Assembly: GCF_004010195.1 (NCBI RefSeq)
Contig: NC_057718.1
Coordinates: forward strand, 102,489,221-102,553,220
Reading direction: 5' to 3'
Source of the DNA: Chiloscyllium plagiosum
Lineage: Eukaryota
DNA: 64,000 nt
Shown: in pieces, positions 26,500 through 39,649 of the stretch
Position numbering within the stretch: the first letter of the stretch is position 1
How the letters are laid out: the number at the start of each line of letters is the position of its first letter
Notes under the pieces: generated by a model
What the model was told of the DNA's origin: nothing
The model's database searches: none
What the model saw: the letters and a program-made list of their open reading frames with translations, nothing else
Translations under genes and position numbers: made by a program

Positions 26500-27655
26500 C
26501 TGAGAATCACAGATTGTTAGAGTGTAGAAGGTGACAATTCAGCCCACTGAGTCTGGGACAGGTCTCCAAGTTATCATCTCACTCAGTGCCATTTTCCAGT
26601 TCAAAAAGGGTGGGATTGTTAAGGGGCTTGACAGGGTAAATGCTGAGAGGATCTTTCCCACATGAGAGAATCTCGGACAAGATGACATAGTCTTAGAATA
26701 AAGGGGCGCCAATTTAAGACTGAGATAAGGAGGAATTCCTTCTCTCAGAGAGTGGAGTCTTTGGAACTTCTTGCCACAGAGAACTGAGGAGGCAGAGTCC
26801 TTGTGTATATTTAAGGTTGAGATGGATGGATTCTTGATCAGTTGGGGAATCAAGGGTTACCACAAAAATGCAGGAAAGTGATTGGAGGAATGTTGGATCA
26901 GTCACAATCCTATTGAATGGTGGAGCAAACTTGAGGGGCTGAATGGCCTATTACTGTTCCTATTTCTTGTGGTCTTCTAGTAAACCTGCTCATTCTAAAT
27001 TATAAAATAATCATCAAATTTCTTCTTGAATGCTTGAACTGAATCTGCCCTCACCATACTCTCAGGCAGTACTTTCAGGCCCTAACTATTTGATGCACTA
27101 AAAGTCATTCCTCAAATCAATTTGCTTCTTTTACTAATGACTTTAAATCTATGTCCCTTCATTCTTAATCCATGCAGAAGCAGAAACATTTTCCCTAGTC
27201 ACTTGATTTTGAGTACCTTCATCAATATTCCTCTCAGCCTCCTCTTCTCCAATGAATACAATCTCAACTTCTCCAAAATTGCATATGATTGAAATTCCTC
27301 AACCTTGGAAACATTCTCATAAATCTCTTCTACACGCTCTCCAATATCTTCACATCATTCCTGAACTGTGTGATACCCTAAACTAGGTGAGGTACTCCAG
27401 CTGAGACCAAACCAATGTCTTACTTAAGTTTAACACAACTTCCTTGCTCTTGTACTGAATGCTTTAATTAATAAAGCCCAGAACTCTGAACGCTTTGATA
27501 ACTGTTCTCCTAAGCAGTTCTGCCACGTTCAACAACTGATGCACATATACATCCAGGTCCCTCTGCTTTTGCAACGTTTCTAGAATTGTATCTTTATATT
27601 GTCTCTCCATGGTCACCCCTCTAAGTGTATCATCTTACAATTCTTCTCATTGAGG
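26500..27655. mobile_element. Nested CR1-type fragments: + strand 26605-26980 inside an older - strand copy
   Basis: RRNSFSQRVESLWNFLPQRTEEA on +; reverse-complement CR1 ORF2 end on both sides. Confidence 0.75.
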
Positions 27656-27875
27656 ATAACAAGGTTTTTTATTTACTGAATGGTACAAAGCAGCATTTTA
27701 TGTTTTTGATTTTACTAAGTATGTTAAAGAACATTGTGACAATTGACAAATTAGAAATAAAGTAGCTTTCTGCTCACAGTATATGAACAAAACTGGTTCA
27801 CTAGCTCTTACAAAGTAGGTGACAGAAAGTAATTTACTGTAGCAATTTTGACCAAGACAAATTGAATGAAAACTA

Positions 27876-28205
27876 GGGGCAGCACAGTGGCTCAATAGTT
27901 AGCACTGCTACCTCACAATGCCAGGGATCCAAGTTTGAATCCTGTCTTGGGCGACTGTCTGTGTGGAGTTTGCAAATTCTCTGTGTGCCTGTGTGGGTTT
28001 CCGCAGGGTGCTCTGGTTTCCTCCCACAATCCAAAGATGTGCAAAACAGGTGAATTGGACATGCTAAATTACCCATAGTGTAAAGTGCATTAGTCAGGGG
28101 TAAATATAGGTTAGGGGAATGGGTCTGGGTGGGTTACTCTTCAGAGGGTCACTGTGAACTTGTTGGGCCAAATGGCCTGTTTCTATACTGTAGGGCATCT
28201 AATTG
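27876..28205 (+). mobile_element. HE1 (V-SINE) full-length copy
   Basis: tRNA head, complete V-domain, CR1-like tail. Confidence 0.9.
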
Positions 28206-28227
28206 AATAGACTGAAATATATCACTA

Positions 28228-28632
28228 GGCGAAAGTAAGGATGGCAGATGCTGGAGTTTAGAGTCGTGAGTGTGGTGCTGGAAAAGCACAACAGGTCAGG
28301 CAGCATCTGAGGAGCAGGAGAATCAACGTTTTGAGCAAGAGCCCTTCATCAGAGTGAGGCTGTGAGCCAAGGAGGTGGCGAGATAAATGGGAGGAGGGAG
28401 GGGGGAAGGTAGCTGAGAGTGTCATAGGTAGACAGAAATGGGGGTAATGGTGATAGGTCAGAGAGGAGGGTAGAGCGGTTAGGTGGGAAGAAGATGGACA
28501 GGTATAACAGGTCATGAGGGCAGTGCCGAGTTGGGAGGTTGGAACTGGGATAAGGTGAGGGGAGGGGAATGAAGAAACTATTGAAATCCATATTGATGCC
28601 GTGTGGTTGGAAGATCCCAAGGCGGAAGAACA
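28228..28632 (-). mobile_element. Penelope (family A) 3' fragment: GIY-YIG end, UTR and terminal repeat
   Basis: FFRLGIFQPHGINMDF followed by the same terminus as the mini palindromes, which links them to Penelope. Confidence 0.85.
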
Positions 28633-30265
28633 ATCTAAAGGTGCATTCCGAAACTATTCATAGTTTGGAAACTTGCATTTTCCTGAATTGTACTCCAGTT
28701 GTAACTACCTTGTGAAATGCCCTGGCACATGTGCCCCAAGGTTGAGAATTGGCTTGATTACTCATAAGAAGACCCATGGAAGAATCACAGATCACCCATG
28801 TGATCTCGAATAGACATCATCTTCAAATTGAGGGACTGCTGGCAATGCTCGTGCTGATAGAAGAAGAAGAATTAACGTCAGTCATAAAATATATTCATTT
28901 AAAATGTATTACCATTGTTTACTCACTACAGCTCTCTCTTTGTTGTTCTTGTAATAATCAGTTCTAGCCTGGGGCTGTTTTTTTTGTGTGTATACCAGGT
29001 GAGGCAACAAGTAGCTGCAATCAAAGACAATTAGAACAATGAAGATATCTTACAATTTTGACCTGATAATATCTGCCAGTGGACTGACCTGGAGTGATTA
29101 TATTAAAGCTACCAGGCACCAAGTCACCATTGATTGAGGTACCCTGGGATACCAAAAATTGCTACATCCCTCATACAACGCTGCTTCAAACAAGGTTCCT
29201 TTAATTTTGACATCAATGTGCAATGTGTGATTCGTGGCTTATTCATCATAACATAATTACATAGATGTTTTGTCGAGGTTGTACAGCACCTGCCTCCCTG
29301 TGAGAAGTACACTATGGCAGGGTGCCCAGAAGGCAAAACCAGGTTTGGTTCTTCTGGTGAAACTTGTTGGGAATGATGGGGCATAGGAGAAGGCTATTCA
29401 GCCCATCATGCCAATGCTAACTCTTTAAAGAGCTATTGTCCCACTCCCCTTGCCCTTCTCTGTAGTCCTGAAAATTTTCTCTCTCAAGTTTTAAACCAAT
29501 TCACCTCTGAAAATTATTAAATCTGCTTCTACTTCTCTTTCAGACAGCACATTCCAGATGATAATAATAATGGAGCAATGCGTTATGCTCGAAAATTGCC
29601 GAAGCGGTCTTTTGAGAAATGTCAAATGCCGTTTTTAGGTCAAAAAATTTAGGTTGTATCTAGCTCTTCTAATTAGACTGAATGTTGTCAGTTTGAAAAA
29701 GAACTTGCATTATTAGCAGACAGATGAAAACATTAGCCATTAGCTTTCCTGCTTATGATTCACTGCCTGGTTGCTGCCATACATTCTAACTGCAAATGAA
29801 TGAAAATATGGAGAAAGTTATTGACAGGAAGATCATTGCACAAGGTGACAGAATTCATCCATATATCATCGATCTGAGGCAAGTTTAGAACAATGTAATG
29901 TCTTAGTCTATTTCCTTTCATCTTGAATATTCTTGGCCAACTGAGAGCTTACAAAATCATTTAGTGAACAGTGCCATTTTGTAGCTTTGTAGGCAGAGGA
30001 GCACTTTTCAATGAAAGGTTGACTGAAGAAATTATCCATATATATTCAGCAGATCTCCAGTTTTGTAAGATAACCTTGACAAAAGGGATTATTTGTCTCG
30101 AATACAGTGAAGTTTAGAGGGAGGATTAAAAATTCTGAAATGTAAAGTGGGATTAACACACATGTTCAGGGTTTTATGTTTCTTCAGTTCTATAACAACA
30201 ATGGGCAGTATTTATTACTTATGTCAACACACTAACATGCATTTGAAAGGTTTCTAAGAAAACTA

Positions 30266-30387
30266 CGAGGAGAAAGTGAGGTCTGCAGACGCTGGAGAGT
30301 GAAGAAGGGCATGTGCCCGAAACGTCGAATCTTCTGTTCCCTAGATGCTGCCTGACCTGCTGTGCTGTTCCAGCAATAAAGTTTCAG
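30266..30387. mobile_element. Mini Penelope-derived insertion (family A variant)
   Basis: Perfect 14-bp TSD TTCTAAGAAAACTA (30252-30265 / 30388-30401); short inverted terminal piece followed by a hammerhead-bearing arm. Confidence 0.85.
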
Positions 30388-31229
30388 TTCTAAGAAAACT
30401 AAACAACAATTCTGTAGTCTACTGTCATGGCAATATTAAAATGGGGGACAAAAAATAATAATGTCTATTTATATAGTTACATAAAGACATCTGGAATTAC
30501 TTTTAAAAAAGGCTTATTTGATTAAACATAAATAGTTCCAATTCATAAACAGGCCAGTGTGTTGAGTATGTATTGGATATCAATAAAAGCAAACCAATTA
30601 TTCTCACTGCCTCTCTTCTGATCCCACAGCCTTACAAAATATTTATCTAATTCCCTTTTGAAGGTATGATTGAACCTGCCACCATAATTTTTTCAGCCAG
30701 TGCATTCCTAATCCTAAACATTCACTGTGCAGAAAAGGTTCCTCCTCATGCCTCCTTTAATTGTTCTCCCAATCATCATAATTCAGCACTCTCTAGTTGT
30801 TGACCCTTCTGCCAGTAGGAACAGCTTCTCTATATTCTCGTGACCCCTTCTTATTTTGAACATCTCTATTAAATTTTCTCTCAACCTCCTCTCAGAGAAT
30901 CATATTAGATCAATTTTACGCAATTATATCAATGGTTTCTCATTTTTAAAAGATAATATAAGATTCTGCCACCAGAACAATAATGTGTATTTGTTGTATG
31001 TAATTAAACCTCCCCCACACAAGTCTGCTAAACTAGACTTTAACAAGTAAAACAATACAAGCTAAAACTAGGCAGAATATGAATGAATTGTTAGGACATA
31101 ATGAACTAGATTCTTGTTCCACAGGTGGTACATAAAGGCCTGGATATCTGTGCACCCAGATTCCACCATCACTAATCACTAAACATTCCTCTCAGTTGCT
31201 AGTCAGGCATACTAGGAGCAGTTGGGATG

Positions 31230-32595
31230 TTGAGCTGTGAGGCAGATGCTTTAGTGTGATTTGGACAAGCTATGTGAGTGGGCAAATGCATTGTAGAAGA
31301 TCCAATGTAAGGTGAAAAAATATAAGGCTATCCACTTTGGTAGCAAAAACAGGAAGTCAGATTTATTGTCTGAATAGCTATAAATTGAGGGAGAGGAATG
31401 TGTAATGAGACCTGAGTGTCCTCATACATCAGTTGCTGAAGATAAGCATGAGGGTGCAGCAGGCGGTAAAGATGGCAAATGGTATGCTGACCATGTAATA
31501 TGAGGATTGAAGCAGGGATATTTTGCTGCAATGATTCAGAGCCTCAGTGAAACCACATCTAGAATATTGTGAGCAGTTTGGTCTCCTTATCTAAAGAAGA
31601 ATGCTCTTACTATAGAAGGAGTGGAGCAAAGGTTTACCGGACTAATTCCTGGTGTACATGAGGAGAATTTGAATCAGTTAGGATTCTATTTGGTCAGTTC
31701 ATGAGAATGAGGGGGGACCTCAAAGAAATCTCTTAGATTATAACAAGACTAGACAGAGCGAGTTTTGAGAAGATTTATAGCTCAGATTGAGGTTCTGAAT
31801 GTAAGTTTTCTCACTGAGCTGAAAAGTTCATTTTCAGATGTTTCGTCACCATACTGGGTAACATCATCAGTGAGCCTCCAGTGAAGGACTGGTATTAGTG
31901 ACCCGCTTTCTATTTATGTGTTTAAGTTTCCTTGGGTTGGTGATGACATTACCTGTGGTGATGGTGGTTCCTGTGATGATGTTATTTCCTTTTCTTTTTC
32001 TCAGAGGATGGTAAATGGTTCCTGTGGTGATGTCAGTACCACCCTCTGAGAAAAAGAACAGGAAATGAAATCACCACAGGAACTTACATCACCACAGGCA
32101 ATGTCATCACCAACCCAAGGAAACCTAAACACATAAATAGAAAGCAGGTCACTAACACCAGTGCTTCAACAGAGGCTCACTGATGATGTTACCTAGTATG
32201 ATGATAAAACGCCTGAAAATGAACCTTCCAGCTCACAAGCAAACTTACATCCAGACTAGCCAGAGTAACTGCAGAAAGGAAGTAGCTGATGGCAGGGAGT
32301 CTAGAACCAAGGCTCACAGTCTGAGGACATGGTAAACCATTTAGGACTAAGAGGAAGAAAAATTTCTTTGCCCGAAGCGTGGTGAGCCTGTGGAATTTGC
32401 TACCACAAAATGCAGTTGAGGCCAAAATATTGTGTGATTTTAAGAAAATAGTTGGATAAAGCACTTGGGGCTAAAGGAATAAAAGGAAATGGAGGAAACG
32501 TGGGAAAAAGCTATTGAGTGGAATGATTAGCCATGATCATAATGAATGCAGCAGGCTCTAAGGGCTGAATGGCCTACTCCTGTTCTTACTTTCTA
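31230..32595 (+). mobile_element. CR1-type LINE 3' part interrupted by a palindromic Penelope insertion
   Basis: DLDKLCEWANA, IHFGSKNRK, LVKPHLEYCEQFGL, FFARSVVSLWNLLPQNAVEA. Confidence 0.85.
31759..32252. mobile_element. Palindromic Penelope (Poseidon-like, family C) terminal-repeat insertion
   Basis: ~31795-32013 is the reverse complement of ~32037-32255; TSD AGACTAGACAGAG (31746-31758) / AGACTAGCCAGAG (32253-32265); same sequence as the terminus at 62648-62855. Confidence 0.85.
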
Positions 32596-33399
32596 CGCTG
32601 TAATACTGCACTTTATTGGATTGTTCAAAGACCCGATAGCCAGGACAGATAAAAGGCCTTGTTTTTAATAGAAGATGTTGTACTTCTTCAAAATGAGCCT
32701 TGCCACTTCTTTTGAACTGATATTTTCCTATTTTGTACATGAACTGTCAACATCAAACAAGAGTTCAGACACAGTCAACCAGATTTCTAGTAAAACTTCT
32801 TTTAAAACAACCTTAACGCAGTACATTCAGAATATCAAGATGTGAAATGATAGTGAGTGACATTTATTCTTCATAGGAATTTCTCTATTCTACATCAAAG
32901 GATAACATATGCTTTGATGAAGTGTTGAGTTGTAGTGTTCATGAAGAAGCCCTTTTGAAGAGGTTTGTTCTGGACAGGTGTGAGGTTTCTTAGAAATACA
33001 GCTGTAGGATGAACAAAGCATATTTTCTTAAAGAAAGCACCTAATAAGATAAATATATTGACAGTTACTTGATCAGCTAGGTCTGAGACTTGCTGAAACC
33101 AATAGCATGTTTGTTTCCAAACAAAGTTTCTAAGTTTCCATGTCATGTAAAGAATACAGGATATGTTGTAATCCTGAAGCTAGAGTTGTGGCTCCTCTTA
33201 GCTTTGGGATAGGTGTGGAGGACACTAGATATATAAGAGATGGCTTCACATTTGCATTGAGCTATGATTCATACTGCCTCCATTTGTCTCGCAAAATATC
33301 TGGCTTAGAAAGTAGAATGTTACAAATAAATAAATTAGTAACAATAATCTTTGAAGAATTAAGATAAACTAAGATCATGGCTTCAGGATGGCACCGTTT

Positions 33400-34200
33400 A
33401 TAGAATATGACTACCGATGTGCGAACTTAAATCCTTAAAACCATGTGAACAGTAGGCAAATGGGTCTTGAGATTGTGGACTATTTTGACTGTCTAATAGC
33501 ACAATCTGCCATGCAGATGATACCCTACATCTAGCAATAAATGAAGAAGAATTTAATTGCTTTATACTGTTTTAAGGGAAAGTGGTAGATATATTCAACT
33601 GCAAGGAAACATACAACATGGTAATGACAAAAGAAAAAGGTCATTTCAGCATGCAACACCACAATTAATGGCAGCAAATTAGAATACATCCGTCAATTCA
33701 TCCAGTAACACATGATGCCAAAAATAGTGCAGAAATCCGAAAAAAGTATTATTACAAAATGAAGGAATATTCTAAAGAACATTAGTTTGAAACCAGAATT
33801 TATGTGCTTATATATTATGCCTGGTCAGCAATGAATGAGGGATATGAAGGCTGGAGAATTACGAAAAGGGGAAAAAAATAAAACCTGACTTCAAAATGTG
33901 GTGCTTAAGAAGGATCCCAGTGTAAGCTGAATGGAGAAAAGGATTAATGAAGAGGAATGAGTGATAAGAACCCCCGAACTCTGAAACAGTATCAAAAGAA
34001 GACAAATAGAGTTCTTTGGGACATGTCATAAATGCAGAACAGTTGGAAAAGGATTAACAGAGATGAACAAGAAGTTGATGGTGAACTTAGACAACATCAA
34101 AGACTGGTTTAACCAGAACTCCAACAGCCAAGTCGTCCACTGTTGCTGTGATCAGAAAGTTTGGAAGACCATGCATATCAGTCCACTTAACATGACACTA
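33400..34200 (+). mobile_element. Ancient RTE-clade LINE 3' part
   Basis: ICHADDTLHLAINEEEF (YADD box), KMWCLRR..S*MEKRINEE, NSIKRRQIEFFG.HV, LDNIKDW. Confidence 0.7.
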
Positions 34201-34734
34201 AGACAGTGTAAACAAATAGCACAGCCACATGCTGAACCTACAGCCCTCTTCAGTTCTGAAGAAGATTCACACTGGCCTCAAAATGTTAACTGTGTTTCTC
34301 TCTCCAAAGATGCTGTCAGCCAGACCTGCTGAGTTTCTCTTGCAATTTGCTTGCATTTCACAGTCTGAACCTGACAGCCACACAAGATACCCAACTAGGT
34401 TGATAGCCTGTTTTGAATTTTACTTGTTTTGACTAAAGGAGTAATTCCCTTCTGACACTCCCAAAAAAAAAGGGATTCTCTCAGGGAAGACATTGCAGAA
34501 AATCACACAGCTGCAATGAATGGTTTTCTGTTAGTTATTTTTAATGGATAAACAATCCAAGCTGTGTACCTGTGGTATCTGAAAATGAGCTCTCTGCAAA
34601 TGTAAACATCCTGTTGGGAGAGCTAGCTCACAGAATCATCCTTCATATTTTGCATTATAATGAGCATCAGTAGCACAGTCTCAATCAATGGGTGGGAACC
34701 AGAAATCTCCTAATCTGATCTGGAGGTAGGCAGA

Positions 34735-36337
34735 GCTGCCCACTTTCTCCTGCATCATTTGTGAGTGGTCTAGAGCCTTTTTCCAAGTCCATCAGGAAGG
34801 ATGCGAACCGAGAGGGATGACTATTACAGGCAGCAGAAGACTGCAGATCTTGCCTCCTTGTACATGAATGATGTTACTTGTTTTCTGTTTGGATCCACTG
34901 TCAGTGCACAGACTCATGAGCTTCTGCAACTAATTTGAACTGGCCTCAGGAGCCAAGGTAAATCAAGGCATGAGCAAAGCCACGTTCTTTGGGAACTGGG
35001 TCAACCGATCCTTTAATCCCTTCGTCGTCAGGACAGATTATCTGAAGGTGCTGGGAATATGGATTGATGATACCAGAGCATTCGCAAACACTTGGGAGGA
35101 GTGTGTCACTAAGGTGAGGCAGAAACTAGGCCTTTGGTAGCTCTGCTCCCTCTCCATTGCAGGATAAAACCGGGTCATCAGGTATGAAGTACTCTCTCTG
35201 TTGTTATATACAGCACAGGTCTAGCCTATTCCCAGACCTCCACTGTTGCAGTCACTCAGTCTTCATCTGGATATCTAAGATTGACCATGTCTGCAGGTCT
35301 GGATAAAAAAAACTCTGGATAAGTGGGGAAGAATGTACCCAATGCTGCCCTCATCCTAATTGTCACTTTTGTGTCTGGTTGCATCAAGCTGTGTGTAGAC
35401 CCTTGATGTACAAACACCAAATGTTATTACATACTGAGATTCTACCTGTTCCCGGTATTGCAAAGGGTGGGATGGTCTCGGTGCCATGGAACGCTCCAAG
35501 TAATTGGACCATTCTGCATCACCTGTCCTTCATCAAGAAATCTGCAATGAAAACACTTTTGACTACTGGTCCATCAGGAAGTGGTCAGCACATAGCATCC
35601 TTGAGCCCCTGTGAAAACAGGAGAGGGTAGATCCTGTTCCCTGAGCAGACTGTAAGAATCATTTGACAAAATGCCTCATGAGCAGAACTTTCCAACAAGC
35701 ACCAATACATCGCTTGGCTGGTGGCAAGAAGGAAACAACCTGTGAGATCCGTCACGTATGCCTGGATTCTCTGTGCATCGTCGAAGTGGATGCTGGGGTG
35801 AGGCTGCCACAGATCTCCTGCTGGCATGTGCCTTTGAAGTCTGGAAAGAGATGCAGTGGATTTTGTTGAGGTTCATCCTGAGCGGATCTGTGGTGTAGGG
35901 CTGTTTCCTAGGATGCACACCGAGACAAACATCAACTGCACTTGGAGCATCACTAACTCCGGGAAACCCACTCTTTGGTCTGCCTAAAACTCGTTAGTCT
36001 TCTAGAGCAAGGAGTTATACTTGACCCAGTGTTGCAGACTGGCACATTCTAAGATCCAGGACTATGAGCTAAGGGATGCACAAAAGCTTGGGGCAGCTGC
36101 CACTAAGGTGCAGTGGGGAAAGAACACTGTCTAAGGACTTTCTGCCAAAGTACAATGGCGGTCCGTTCAGTTATTGGACCCTCTTGGTGCTGCAAATGTA
36201 TGCAAATGTAATCTTATATAAATAAGAAATGCCTTGGATTTGCTTGTTTTCCATATGTAAAGGCTGTTCAGAACTGAACTGCTGTAGTGACTGTATATAA
36301 AGATTTTTAATGCATTAAGTATATTTTTGAAATAAAC
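34735..36337 (+). mobile_element. Tx1-like (L1 group) non-LTR retrotransposon, 5'-truncated and decayed
   Basis: SIRKDA, SLYMNDV (YMDD), FELASGAKVNQGMSKATFFGNW, DYLKVLGIW, WEECVTKVRQKLGLW..LSIAG; AT-rich 3' UTR ending TATATTTTTGAAATAAA. Confidence 0.85.
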
Positions 36338-37878
36338 ATTTGCAGTATAATGAACTGTACTATATTTATATGTTAATGTATTGTGTTTGAATTTGATTCT
36401 ACAGTTACATTTTGACTATTTGACTTTACCCGGTGCTTCAGTTCCAGGTCTCATGGCACTACTGCCACCTTGGTGAATGGTGAGCACAAGTCCTGATGTC
36501 CTCAAAGTAGTCATTGTTCCTTTCTGGATAAGTTTAGAACTTTTTCTGATCTTATTTTATTTTCATTAATTTATTTATTACATTATAATTTTGTACACTT
36601 CATAACTTACATACTCCAATGTAAGATATTTTCACATACTAAGAATGTTTCAATGCATTATGGATGCAATTGAGATATAAAGATCATTCATGTATATAAA
36701 AATGAGATCACTTAATTGTTTAACAATTTTAGAAAATGTCAGTTTTAATCACATATTTAATTGATAGTTATCACATCCCTCTCATTCAACATGGCTTTTA
36801 ACTGATACAATACAGAAAATCATAAATAAAAATGTCTATTTTTTGATTTCTGCAAGGAGGTTGCTAGTCTCTGGTTTACTGCTTCATACTTATTTATGAA
36901 GAAGCACTGAGAAAGAAATTATAACTAAACTGTTTACTGGAAAGAGAACATCAATAAATAGTGTCATATCCAAACATGCGAATTAAAGATGAATATTGGG
37001 AGCCTTCACATAGTAATAGGCAAAGAGCAAGCACAATCCTACCAAACTATGGTTAGAGCTTCATTAAAAAGAATACAAAATAAGTAATGGACAGAGTAAT
37101 AGACATGGTTATGAACCCAACACAATTTTATGGATCTATTTCTGTGATTCACTGTTTATTGATGTGTATCACAAACAGACAAGAACTGAACAATTACAGT
37201 ATTTGCCATTAAAGAATGTTGTTGCCTATACACCCACAGTTCAGCTCTGCTGGGGATCAGAAATCACAGTAATTTGTTTTGACAAGTGCTTGCATGATAA
37301 AAAAAAGTGTTAAATGGAAGTCTTTCCTTCTAGTTCACCAACAACTAACTCTGGAATGCACCACATACTTGCTACTAGAATTCTAGTTGGCAAACATCCT
37401 CTTTTGTCTATCTCACTTCCCTCTCTCTCTAGTTCTGGTATTATAAAAATGTAAATAGAGAGATGAAGGTCTTTCCTCCTTGCACAGCATCCAGTCAGGT
37501 TGTGCAACTAAAGGTACAAGATTCTTAGATCCAGGTAAGTCCTGTTGTTTACAGACAAGATTCACGTGTCGACAGGCCACTACAGGAATAGCAAGTTAGA
37601 TGCATATTTAAAAAGCAAACACGGACAGCATGCATAGTATAAACATTTGGTGTAGTCAGAACCTTGACTTAATTAATAATACATTTTAATCCAGATGACC
37701 TTCTTCTGCAGATAAAGGGACTCCTGAGTTAAGAGCAAGGATTTTGCAACAGCACATTTTTAAAATGTATATATCAAGAAATATACACAGTATTTTTAAA
37801 CTGCTAGCATTTGCCAGCTTATGTTTTGGAGCTCCCTGCTTCAGTAGCATATTCACTGCAAGACTGATCTGAATTCAG

Positions 37879-38985
37879 AGTCAAAAATGTGGTGCTGGAA
37901 AAGCACAGCAGGAGAATCAATGTTTCGGGCATAAGCCCTTTGTCAGGAATGAGCCTTGTGGGCTGGGGCAGCTGAGAGACAAATGGGAGGAGGATGTGGC
38001 TGGGGGAAGGTAGCTGGGAACGCGATAGGTAGATGAAGGTGGGGGAGAAGGTGATAGGTCAGAGAGGAGGTTGGAGCGGATAGATGGGAAGGACGATGGA
38101 CAGGTCAAGAGGGCGGTGCCGAGTTGGAGGCTTGGGACTGGGATAAACTGGGGAGAGGAGAAATGAGGAAACTGGTGAAATCCACATTAATCCCGTGTGG
38201 TTGCAGGGTTCCAAGGTGGAAGATGGGGCGTTCTTCCTCCAGGTGTTGAGTGGTTAGGGTTTGGCAATGGAGGAGGCCCAGGACCTGCAGGTCCTTGGTT
38301 GAGTGGGAGGGGGAGTTAAAGTAATTAACCACGGAGCGGGGGGTTGGTTGGTGCGGGTGTCATAGAGATGTTCTCTGAAATGATCTGCAAGTTGGTATTC
38401 TGTCGCCCCGATGTAGAGGAGACCACATCGGACGCAATGGATACAGTAGATGACATTTGTGGAAGTACAGGTAAAGGACCCTTTGGGGCCTTGGATGGAA
38501 GTGAGGGGAGATGTGTGTGTGCAGGTTTTGTACTCCTTGCGGTGGCTGTGGAAGGTGCCTGGAGGGGTGTGTGGACTGGTGGGCAGTGTGAATTTGATAA
38601 GGGAGTCACGGAGGGAATAGTCTCTCTGAAATTCTAATGGGGTAGGGAGGGAAATATATCCCTAGTGGTGGGGTCTGTTGTAGGTGGTGGAAGTGGTGGA
38701 AGATGATGTGACGTATACAGACATTGGTGGGTGGAAGGTGAGGACCAGGGGTGTCCTGTCCTTGTTGCGTTGGGAGGAATGGGATTCAAGGTTGGAGGTG
38801 CGGGAAGTGGAGGAGATGCGCTGGAGGTAATCGTTAACCATGTGGGAGGGGAAGTTGCGGTCTTTGAAGAAGGAGGCCTTCTGGGACGTTCTGTGATGGA
38901 ATTGGTCATCCTGGGAACACATGCGGCGGAGGCGGAGGAATGGAATAAGGGATGGTGTTTTTATAGGAGGCAGGGTCAGAAGTGT
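37879..38985 (-). mobile_element. Penelope (Neptune-like) inverted left arm: RT C-terminus, GIY-YIG and terminal repeat
   Basis: CSQDDQFHHRTSQKASFFKDRNFPSH, DRTPLVLTFHP, LEEERPIFHLGTLQPHGINVDF; mirrors ~46670-47730. Confidence 0.9.
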
Positions 38986-39638
38986 AGTCCAGCTCCATCC
39001 AGAGCCGCAAAGGATCCTTTCACGTCTGGCAAATTACCCAGAGTAAGTTAGCTAGGTTGACCACCAGGTTTTAAAACAGACAAAAACTTATTCACAAAAT
39101 TACTGGGGTAAATGTAGAATGACGTGGAATGGGCTTGGGTGGGATACTCTTCGGAGGGGTTGGTGTAGACTTGTTAGGTCAAAGGGCCTGTTTCCCCACT
39201 GTAAGGATTCTTAAAAAAACCTCAGTCTATCTATGTTGTTCCAAAAAATATGTGCAACAGTCTCAATAGACAAACCGCTTAAACACAGAGCAAAAATGAA
39301 GCAAAGGCTTATAGGTCGAAGTTAGAAGGGCAGAAGGAGAAAGAGTCCAGAAGCCTGTTTCCACACAGCCCACAGCTGACTCAAATAAGACTTCAGCTTC
39401 CAAGGACTGACCACTCTTCTTTCGTTATACAGGTTATTTCTAAAACATGAAAGCTTTGGCCTAAAGTCTCATCTGTTTACGTATAAACAAAAAGGCCTCT
39501 CAGTAAACTCTTTCATCTCTGTACCAAACCAGTTGTTTTGGAATCCAGGTTGTTTTATGTCCCCTCTGAAAAAAAATCAAAAACACAGTATCCTTGAGAA
39601 AAGGTACAGTTTTTAGAAAAAAGAACAGCTTTGTGACA

Positions 39639-39649
39639 CCTCCCCCCTT
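39639..39649 (-). promoter_or_regulatory. Polypurine tract of the Gmr1-type element
   Basis: AAGGGGGGAGG immediately precedes the TGTCACA start of the 3' LTR on the minus strand. Confidence 0.85.

Noticed and set aside
32558..33146. Two short minus-strand ORFs in non-repetitive DNA
   Set aside because: No convincing splice-site pair or known motif; the first runs into a CR1 tail
36429..36530. Short GC-richer patch with a minus-strand open frame ending at GG|GTAAAG
   Set aside because: Acceptor is poor and the peptide is unrecognisable; it cannot be supported without transcripts
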